From an uncultured Thermococci archaeon (GTDB lineage Archaea > Methanobacteriota_B > Thermococci > Methanofastidiosales > B48-G16), in contig CAZQQT010000001.1 in the NCBI GenBank assembly GCA_964595645.1, forward strand, positions 96,001 through 160,000: DNA of 64,000 nt, given 5' to 3'. Under the pieces are notes generated by a model. The model ran no database searches. It saw nothing but the letters and a program-made list of their open reading frames with translations, and was not told the DNA's origin. Each line of letters opens with the position of its first letter. Position 1 is the stretch's first letter. This document shows, one piece after another, positions 37,757 to 45,464 of this stretch. A program made the translations under genes and the position numbers.

Positions 37757-39673
37757 ATGAGAGACCCGGTGAAGCTCTTTGAGCAGCTCTGCATCTTTCT
37801 CGCCGGTGAGGGATTTCATCTTCCTGCGTATATCCTCTCTACATTATGCTGTTTCTCCATTGCAGAGTACCTCTGGCATAAACGGAAAGTACTGAGAATT
37901 TTTTCCATTCTCCTGTTTTTCTTTGGGATATACCTCTTTATAAGAATTGGATGGTTATTTTTCCTTGTACTCATCGTAGGAGGAAGAGTTCTCAATCTTC
38001 TCTACACAGCAATGGTACGGTACGAGATTGAAAGAGAAGTTACTCCCAAGGAGCTTCCATTCTACCTGATATTTCTCTACCAGAAGCTCTGTGAGAAGAT
38101 CTTTGGAAAATGGTATAAACCGGTGTTCTTCCTCTCTACCGCGTATATTCTTCCCGGCGTCCTCTGGTTCTGGACAAGAAAACGGAAGGTGGCGAAGGGC
38201 GTCTCCCTTCTATTGTTGGTACTATATGGTGCGCTCTTTTTCAGCGGTTGGTGGATACTTGTCCTAATATTTTTTGTTGCAGGGGTTACCATAGGAATTT
38301 TCGTAAAATTCGTGGCATTTCTCTATAGATATTTCAAAATTGAAGAAAAAGAAAAAGTAGTAGTAGAAAAAGAAATGTTAGGGATACTTGATCTTGTATC
38401 GTTAGGACTGATCGCCTTCATTTTCGTTTCATTTGTCGTCAACTGGTATAAGTTTGTACCAAACTGTGTGGACACGTGGTACCATCTGGCTGTCGGAAGA
38501 AAGATTCTGGAGTTAGGCACCATTCCTATCTGGGATTCGTGGGAGTTCGCCCCGGCAGGAAGACCACATCTCTATCCCCCGCTCATCCATCTACTTATCG
38601 CCGCTGCCTCGGGAACAATGGAGCGTGTTGTGGAAGGAGGGAAGGTCCTTCAGGCACTCTTTTACCCGCTCTCGCTTTTCACGAACTGGATCTTCTTTCG
38701 GTATTTTTTTGATAAGAAAATCGCATTTCTCGCACTGGTATTCCTTTCGATGGATATCGGATTTCTCATGATAAATACAATGATCCTTCCAACTATGTTG
38801 GTGAATATTCTTCTCCCCCTCCTGTTAATATGTTTCTTCAAAAAGAAATTATTCCTCTCTGTTATCCTGATGACACTCTGTCTCTACTCTCATCTGAGTT
38901 TTCCCTTTGTGATTCTATTCTTTCTCTTTCTCATTGCCAGAAAGTACGAATATATGGTTTTTTACAAAAAGTTCGCTATCTTCTCGTTGATCCTCTACCT
39001 CCCGTGGTTTCTGCGCATCCTCGAGTATCGTGGCGCTTTTTCCTCGCCAACACCGTTACTTCTTGGCATTGTCATGCTCCAGTTTTTTAACGTTATTCTC
39101 ATCCCCTTGGGAATCATCGGTTACCGACGGGCTGGAGACCGGTACACCGTCATTAAGATGATTCTTCTGGGAAGCCTCCCCATTCTCGTCGTGTATGGTG
39201 GGCGGTACTGGTTTCACACGATGCCCTTTTGGGCGATCATGATCGCCGTCTTCGCAGAAAAATATCTTGTATCCAGAAAACGAGTCGCACTCTTTCTGAT
39301 ACTTGCGTTTGTCCCCACCATTGACGTGATGCTATTTGAGGGCCCCGGCGTGATGCCGAGTCTTACAGGAGGAGACGCCGCACTCATGATGTGGTCGGAG
39401 GAGGGTGTCGTATTCGATCCACTGTACGGTGAGGACTGTGAAGAATTAAGAGCGTATCTTCTCGCCACGACCGGTGAGAATGAGATCATCGGCGTTGAGG
39501 AGCCATGGGTGGGAGATATGATCGTGGCACTCACGGGGAGGAGGGTTACCACTGGCGCGTGGTGGGAGATTTCTTCGGTAGGAGAAAAAGCAGAAAATAT
39601 AAAAGTTCACGTTTCCTTAACTCCTATAAGCACGCATAAAATCGGAAGATTCTATATCCAAAAGGTGAGCTGA
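37757..39673 (+). CDS. Polytopic membrane protein, GT-C fold glycosyltransferase-like
   Basis: DTWYHL...IPIWDSWEFAPAGRPHLYPPLIH loop after the first TMs; many TMs; soluble C-terminus. Confidence 0.6.
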   Translation: MRDPVKLFEQLCIFLAGEGFHLPAYILSTLCCFSIAEYLWHKRKVLRIFSILLFFFGIYLFIRIGWLFFLVLIVGGRVLNLLYTAMVRYEIEREVTPKELPFYLIFLYQKLCEKIFGKWYKPVFFLSTAYILPGVLWFWTRKRKVAKGVSLLLLVLYGALFFSGWWILVLIFFVAGVTIGIFVKFVAFLYRYFKIEEKEKVVVEKEMLGILDLVSLGLIAFIFVSFVVNWYKFVPNCVDTWYHLAVGRKILELGTIPIWDSWEFAPAGRPHLYPPLIHLLIAAASGTMERVVEGGKVLQALFYPLSLFTNWIFFRYFFDKKIAFLALVFLSMDIGFLMINTMILPTMLVNILLPLLLICFFKKKLFLSVILMTLCLYSHLSFPFVILFFLFLIARKYEYMVFYKKFAIFSLILYLPWFLRILEYRGAFSSPTPLLLGIVMLQFFNVILIPLGIIGYRRAGDRYTVIKMILLGSLPILVVYGGRYWFHTMPFWAIMIAVFAEKYLVSRKRVALFLILAFVPTIDVMLFEGPGVMPSLTGGDAALMMWSEEGVVFDPLYGEDCEELRAYLLATTGENEIIGVEEPWVGDMIVALTGRRVTTGAWWEISSVGEKAENIKVHVSLTPISTHKIGRFYIQKVS

Positions 39674-40341
39674 TGGGCGTTGAAAAGGCGAAATTTGAGG
39701 AAAAACCTCTGAGAATACAGAAAAATCATTTTGTTGATCTCGAAAAACTGCATCCCCATGAGGCGTTAGATCCAGTGGAATCGAGGCTGTTAATTGGGAG
39801 TATCAATGAGAAGGGTGTATTTTATAAACCGATGCTCGTGGCCAGAAACTCCTTCGTGATTCTTGACGGTCACCACCGGTGGGACGGGCTGATGAAGATG
39901 GGAGCGAAGAAAGGACCATGCATTCTGTTGGATTATTTTGATGACGAAATCAAGCTGTACACGTGGTACCCTCTTCTTGAGGAGCCCCTTGAGACGGTGC
40001 TTGAATCCTTTGATCACGATCCTCTTAATGGATACAAAAATCATCTCGATGAGTATCCCTTTATCGCAACAGATGGAACAACGTACTACGGGATAACAAA
40101 GGAAAATATGATCTCAGTGGTAGAAGAACGAGGGCACGAGTTTGGCTACGTCGATACACTGGAGACTGCTCTTAGTGAGGCTGGAAATACGAAAACAGCG
40201 TTTGTACGACGGGCACCTACAAAACAGGAAGTTATCGACAAGGCCTCGAATGGCGAGGTCTTCCCTCCGAAAACAACGAGACACTGGTTCCCCTACAAGT
40301 ACCCGTATATCTACATACCGAAGGAGGAGTTGATCAAATGA
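39673..40341 (+). CDS. serK: ADP-dependent L-serine kinase (ParB/Srx fold)
   Basis: MGVEK start, LHPHE, KPML, LDGHHRW, LDYFD..IKLYTWYP, FPPKTTRH, resembling Thermococcus SerK as I recall it. Confidence 0.8.
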   Translation: MGVEKAKFEEKPLRIQKNHFVDLEKLHPHEALDPVESRLLIGSINEKGVFYKPMLVARNSFVILDGHHRWDGLMKMGAKKGPCILLDYFDDEIKLYTWYPLLEEPLETVLESFDHDPLNGYKNHLDEYPFIATDGTTYYGITKENMISVVEERGHEFGYVDTLETALSEAGNTKTAFVRRAPTKQEVIDKASNGEVFPPKTTRHWFPYKYPYIYIPKEELIK

Positions 40342-40562
40342 AGAAGGATATCTCTTTTGAGGTGGAGAAGGAGTTCTGGGATGACGCAGTGAAAAACCTC
40401 TGCAATATCCTTGGCGAGGATAAAGGAGACGTGGAGCGGGCAGTTCTGTTCTTTTTTGGAAAACACTGCGGTGATTACCTAGAGATATTCTGTGGAGATG
40501 TGGATGAAAAAACACAAAAAGAATTAAAAATCGCTATGCTCCACTCACAACAGGAGAAGTAG
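40338..40562 (+). CDS. Hypothetical protein
   Basis: 74-aa ORF coupled to both neighbours. Confidence 0.6.
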   Translation: MKKDISFEVEKEFWDDAVKNLCNILGEDKGDVERAVLFFFGKHCGDYLEIFCGDVDEKTQKELKIAMLHSQQEK

Positions 40563-41243
40563 ATGAAGGAGAAAGTGAAGGAGGCACATGAACGAGAGGT
40601 GACCTACTCAGAAAAGCGATGGGAGCGTCTGGAGACGTTACGGAAAACAGCTCTCCAGGTCATGAGCCTTTTAAAGGGATATTACTGTATCGTGTATGGC
40701 AGTGTGGCGCGGGGGGATGTCACCCCAAAAAGTGATATCGATATCTTCGTGGAGGCCAAAAGCTATATGGTGGAGATCTTGTTGAGAGAGTTCACGTTTC
40801 TCGAAAGGAAGATCGTGCAGGCGACGCCCTGGCAGGCAGTGAAGGGAACCATCGTACTTGAAAACAATGTAGAGATATCATTCCCTCTTGGCAAAATGAA
40901 AAAAGAAGAAGAGGAATTCTACTTATATGGAGGCGCTCTCACCTATGAGGCGTTAAAAAAGGGAAAGCGAAGTTGTGGCGTGGACAAACGCCTTCTTCTC
41001 ATTACACCCACGGAGAATGGGCATCGGGAGAGCAGTATCAAAGGACGGGAGGGTGAAGTTGCGAAACGTCTCGATATTTCGATAGAGACGGTGAAAGAGC
41101 GGGTACAGGTGCTCTCACGTCGTGATAAAGTAGGACGTACAGGTGTCTACCTCCAGCGGACACTCGCACCTACCGAAGGGTTCGGTGAGGTGCTGAAGAA
41201 GATTATGGATACGGATGCGAATGTACGACGTCGCTACTTATAA
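40563..41243 (+). CDS. Archaeal Pol-beta-type nucleotidyltransferase domain protein
   Basis: VYGSVARGDV...SDIDIF, IVQATP, GVDKRL, RRDKVGRTGVY. Confidence 0.85.
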   Translation: MKEKVKEAHEREVTYSEKRWERLETLRKTALQVMSLLKGYYCIVYGSVARGDVTPKSDIDIFVEAKSYMVEILLREFTFLERKIVQATPWQAVKGTIVLENNVEISFPLGKMKKEEEEFYLYGGALTYEALKKGKRSCGVDKRLLLITPTENGHRESSIKGREGEVAKRLDISIETVKERVQVLSRRDKVGRTGVYLQRTLAPTEGFGEVLKKIMDTDANVRRRYL

Positions 41244-41247
41244 ATTC

Positions 41248-41850
41248 TTATTTGTGTGACCAGTTGTCAGGCTTATCGCTACTGGGAGATAACCCCAAGA
41301 TATCACCTGTTGTGTCTACTCCCAGTCCAAGGACTGTCCTGTTCGCATAAGCAAAATACGCCACGACCTGGTTTACCTCGAGGATCTCGCCGTCGTCATA
41401 TCCCTGGGATCGCATCTCATCGATGAGACTCTTATCTATATGCGCTGGATCCTCTGTCAGTGCCTTTGTATATTTTAGCAGTGCAATCTCCTTTTGTTCG
41501 AATGCATCCCCAAATGATTCAGTTTCCAGTGCCTCTCGTATCGCCTTCGCCTTCTCGTCGTCGTTAAGAAGCCGTTTCAGCCCATTAAAATGGTGCTCCA
41601 CACAGTACTGGCAGCCATTTAACATACTCGTGTAGACGCCGAGTGTTTCGAGCAGCCACTTTGGTATGGTGTTTTCGTAATGGTGCAGCACATTTTTGTA
41701 CATTTTCATATGCGCTTCGAGTGTGTGGGGGCGCAGTCCGTGGATCGTGAGAATGTTGTCCAGGTAGTTATCCGGTCCTTTTATTTTATCGTAAATTTTT
41801 TTGAGCTTCCCTTCAGCTTTTTCATACGAAATATGTCGTATCCATGGCAT
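41248..41850 (-). CDS. AhpD/CMD-like peroxidase-related enzyme
   Basis: MPWIRHI start; NGCQYCVEHH; QVVAYFAYANRTVLGLGV. Confidence 0.88.
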   Translation of the reverse strand: MPWIRHISYEKAEGKLKKIYDKIKGPDNYLDNILTIHGLRPHTLEAHMKMYKNVLHHYENTIPKWLLETLGVYTSMLNGCQYCVEHHFNGLKRLLNDDEKAKAIREALETESFGDAFEQKEIALLKYTKALTEDPAHIDKSLIDEMRSQGYDDGEILEVNQVVAYFAYANRTVLGLGVDTTGDILGLSPSSDKPDNWSHK

Positions 41851-41896
41851 AGTTTTTCCTCTCTTTATTTTTATAATCTCCAATACTTGATCTTCC

Positions 41897-43645
41897 CTAC
41901 GCTTCTTTATAGGACTTTCGCAGTTCTTCGGCTTCTTCCTCAATGTCCTTCTCGATCTGGCTGAACTTCTCCTCGACCTCGTCCTCCGGCACGATCTTCA
42001 TTCGCGCGATCTCTTCTTTCACCTTCATACCTGCGACATCTTCGAACTCGATAGCATCGATAATCTCGGAGAGTTTTTCGTAGAACTTGATACAGATCTT
42101 CAGCATCCGGACCTGCTTTTTCTGAGAACAGTAGGTATCGATATCGTGGAACGCATTCTGTTGGAGGAAGTCCTCCCGCAACATCTTCGCAGCCTCCAAT
42201 GTGAGCCGCTGTTTCTTGGGCAGTGCGTCTGGTCCAACGAGCTGTACGATTTCCTTCAGTTCTTCTTCTTTCTGCAGGATCTGCATGGCTCTTTTCCGCA
42301 ACGCAGCCCAATCCTCCTTTACAGTCTCATTCCACCAATCTTCTACCTCACCGAGGTACAACGAGTACGAGGTCAGCCAATCTATTGCAGGAAAATGTCG
42401 TCTATCCTTCAGCTCTCTGTCCAGGGCCCAGAAGACCTTTGTCACGCGCAGTGTGTTCTGCGTGACAGGCTCCGAGAAATCTGAACCCGGCGGCGAGACA
42501 GCGCCTATCACAGAGAGGGATCCCTCCTTCTCGTTGAGCGTAACGACTCTTCCGGCCCGTTCGTAGAATTCAGCCAGTTTCGATGCAAGATACGCAGGAT
42601 ATCCTTCCTCTCCTGGCATTTCCTCCAGTCTTCCTGAGATCTCTCGCAGTGCTTCAGCCCATCGTGAGGTAGAGTCTGCCATCAACGCGACGCTGTACCC
42701 CATATCTCTGTAGTACTCTGCTATGGTGATCCCTGTATAGATAGACGCTTCTCGTGCTGCCACAGGCATATTTGAGGTATTTGCAATCAGCACCGTCCGC
42801 TCCATCAGTGGTTTTCCTGTTTGTGGGTCCTCCAGCTCCGGGAACTCTCTGAGCACCTCGGTCATCTCATTTCCTCGCTCACCGCATCCCACGTAGATGA
42901 TGACCTCAGCGTCCGCCCATTTCGCGAGCTGATGCTGGATAACCGTTTTTCCAGTTCCAAAACCACCGGGAATTGCAGCTGTTCCACCCTTTGCCACAGG
43001 GAAGAAGGTATCCAGTACCCGCTGTCCTGTAAGCAGTGGAATAGACGGATCAGATTTTTCTGTGACGGGTCGCGGCTGTCGTACCGGCCACTTATGACTC
43101 ATGGCAATTTCTTTCCCATTTACCGTGGCTACCGGGTCATTGACGGTGAACTCACCTTCCTCTATATCATCCAGAGTCCCCTCTCCAAAATTCGGGGGAA
43201 CGAGAATACTGTGTTTGATCAGTTCTGTTTCATCCACGTAGCCGATGACGTCGCCCGAGCTCACTGTATCTCCTTTCTCCTTTGTAGGGATAAAGTGCCA
43301 TTTCTTTTTCTCTGGAATTGCATTCACCTTCACACCCCGCTCGATGAAGGCACCAACCTCTTCCCGTATTAGATTTAACGGCCTCTGCACACCATCGTAT
43401 ATTCCCGAGGTCAGTCCGGGCCCCAGTATAACAGATAGTGGTCTTCCTGTCGGTATTATTTTCTCCCCGGGTGTTAATCCTGTTGTATCCTCATAAACCT
43501 GAATAATCGCTTTGTCTTTTTCTAATTCGATGATCTCCCCCATGAGCTCCTCTTCTCCCACCTTCACGAGTTCATACATTTTACATCCTTTCATACCTTT
43601 CGCTTCAGCAACGGGTCCACTTATTCGTATTATCTTTCCTTCCAT
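41897..43645 (-). CDS. atpA: A1AO ATP synthase subunit A
   Basis: [41 protein letters not shown]; no intein. Confidence 0.98.
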   Translation of the reverse strand: MEGKIIRISGPVAEAKGMKGCKMYELVKVGEEELMGEIIELEKDKAIIQVYEDTTGLTPGEKIIPTGRPLSVILGPGLTSGIYDGVQRPLNLIREEVGAFIERGVKVNAIPEKKKWHFIPTKEKGDTVSSGDVIGYVDETELIKHSILVPPNFGEGTLDDIEEGEFTVNDPVATVNGKEIAMSHKWPVRQPRPVTEKSDPSIPLLTGQRVLDTFFPVAKGGTAAIPGGFGTGKTVIQHQLAKWADAEVIIYVGCGERGNEMTEVLREFPELEDPQTGKPLMERTVLIANTSNMPVAAREASIYTGITIAEYYRDMGYSVALMADSTSRWAEALREISGRLEEMPGEEGYPAYLASKLAEFYERAGRVVTLNEKEGSLSVIGAVSPPGSDFSEPVTQNTLRVTKVFWALDRELKDRRHFPAIDWLTSYSLYLGEVEDWWNETVKEDWAALRKRAMQILQKEEELKEIVQLVGPDALPKKQRLTLEAAKMLREDFLQQNAFHDIDTYCSQKKQVRMLKICIKFYEKLSEIIDAIEFEDVAGMKVKEEIARMKIVPEDEVEEKFSQIEKDIEEEAEELRKSYKEA

Positions 43646-43650
43646 ACATC

Positions 43651-43923
43651 TCACCTCAGTTCTATGCCGATAGATCGCTTGACTAGTGAAGCTATCGGAT
43701 CTTCCTTTCGTATGCTTCCCTTTTTATCCGGTATTTCAACGATGATTCTTCCTTTTTCTTCAAGTACGTCCAGATCTTCACGCAGTACATCTGCCACCTT
43801 TTCAGTTACGATAATGAAATTTGAGTCTATGTCGTTGATATCCATTCCTTTCTTATATACGTATCCCTTTACACCGACAATGCCGAACGCATTCACGGTA
43901 TCTTCATCCCCTATGACAATCAT
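43651..43923 (-). CDS. atpF: A1AO ATP synthase subunit F
   Basis: [16 protein letters not shown]...IVEIP...VKRSIG; operon position. Confidence 0.92.
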   Translation of the reverse strand: MIVIGDEDTVNAFGIVGVKGYVYKKGMDINDIDSNFIIVTEKVADVLREDLDVLEEKGRIIVEIPDKKGSIRKEDPIASLVKRSIGIELR

Positions 43924-44918
43924 ACTATCACGTCCTCTACTATCTCTTCACACTCTTCCTTCTTCGCCGCGTATACACCCAGGGCATCATTCACTTCCTT
44001 CTCCCGCAGATGGATGTAGTACAGCGCCTTCCCTGCAGCATACGGGTGGAGCGATGCCATACGTTTCACCCGTTTCATGAAGTATTTTTTCAGCTCTTTT
44101 TCAAATATGAATAATGATCCGGTGTCTACATATTTCTCTCGCAAATCAGAGAGAAACTTATACTTTGTGTCTGTGAGGAGATCCAGTACTCCCTCTACAT
44201 CTCGGGCCTCAGCAAGGTTTTTGAGTTTCCACTGCTGGAGTTCGTATCCAATGGGGATGACGTAGTCAAGTACATCCTCAACGCCATACTTTTTTAACCG
44301 GAGGATCGTGAGAAGATTCCTGATATCTACCTCAGTTTTTACGTACTGCTTGAGGAGGGTTGCGTTTTTTGTATCTGTTTTTTGGGCGGCGGCAAGCAGT
44401 TCTTTGTAATAGACAAAGTCTATGTCTCGCTCTATCTCCGCTGGAGGTCTTTCGAAGGAGAGGTTCTCGTAGACTGTCCCTTCGAGTTTTGAGCTGTACT
44501 CTGAGAGGGGCGTTTCTCGAAGTTTCCGTATCATTTCCCGGGTAAAAATCCCGTAGGGTTCCGGCTCACTGCCCCTCACCATCTTTTTGAGGACCTCTTT
44601 TTCATACCGAAGGTCGAGTTTCCGAAAGAATACCTCCACACTATCAGGCGATGATCCTGTAACCTTTTTAAAGTCTTTCTTATAATCTTTATCAAATTTC
44701 GTCATAAAATTCTCAAGCTCGTAAATATCCATTTCTTTTATTTTTGATGAATCCTGTACCTTGCTCTTTAATCCAGAGATTTTCGCGTTAAAAAATCCAA
44801 AAGAAGCGATATCAAGGATTTCTTTGAAAATTCCAATAAATATGATGATGCCTATGGATACGGCAACTGCTATCAGTACGACGAATACCGTTATGTCCAT
44901 TGTTACATCCATTGTCAT
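43920..44918 (-). CDS. atpC: A1AO ATP synthase subunit C (with N-terminal TM)
   Basis: F.NAKI, EVDIRNLLTILRLK, IPIGYEL, YIHLREKEV; operon position. Confidence 0.88.
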   Translation of the reverse strand: MTMDVTMDITVFVVLIAVAVSIGIIIFIGIFKEILDIASFGFFNAKISGLKSKVQDSSKIKEMDIYELENFMTKFDKDYKKDFKKVTGSSPDSVEVFFRKLDLRYEKEVLKKMVRGSEPEPYGIFTREMIRKLRETPLSEYSSKLEGTVYENLSFERPPAEIERDIDFVYYKELLAAAQKTDTKNATLLKQYVKTEVDIRNLLTILRLKKYGVEDVLDYVIPIGYELQQWKLKNLAEARDVEGVLDLLTDTKYKFLSDLREKYVDTGSLFIFEKELKKYFMKRVKRMASLHPYAAGKALYYIHLREKEVNDALGVYAAKKEECEEIVEDVIV

Positions 44919-45460
44919 TCACTCTCAAACAATATCTGAGCTATTCCGACCCTCAGATCTTTCTTTTTCCTTTCCATAAGCTTTTTAATTCGATTATCTA
45001 CTGTGAGGCTTCCATCTTTTTTTCTTACAATAACACCAGGTTCCTCAATACTCTCTTCTGCGAGTTCGTATTCTTCGACGAACTTCCTGTCCTCCTCTCT
45101 GACTATTACTTCATACTCTTCTATCTCGGCGTCCTCGATTAATTTTTTCAGGAGATCCTCATACACGGACTTGTCCTTCACAATTCGGTCACTTACCTCA
45201 GATATTACCTTTGAGATGAGCGCATCTTTTTTGTTCAGTATCTTACTTTTCGTTTCAAGATTTTTTGAAGAAAGTATCCGCTGTTTTTCCAGTTCAGCTT
45301 CTTTTTTTCCTTGTTTTATTATTTCTTCTTTTTTTCCTTCTCCTTTCTCTTTCGCTTTTTTGAGCAGTTTTTTCCGTTCTTTCTCTATTTTTTTGTTTAT
45401 TTCTTCGATTTCTTTTTCTGCATCCTTTTCTATTTTATTGAGTATTTTTTCGAGGCTCAT
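44915..45460 (-). CDS. atpE: A1AO ATP synthase subunit E
   Basis: MSLEKILNKI coiled coil; GVIV...VDN...IAQILF. Confidence 0.9.
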   Translation of the reverse strand: MSLEKILNKIEKDAEKEIEEINKKIEKERKKLLKKAKEKGEGKKEEIIKQGKKEAELEKQRILSSKNLETKSKILNKKDALISKVISEVSDRIVKDKSVYEDLLKKLIEDAEIEEYEVIVREEDRKFVEEYELAEESIEEPGVIVRKKDGSLTVDNRIKKLMERKKKDLRVGIAQILFESE

Positions 45461-45464
45461 TTTC

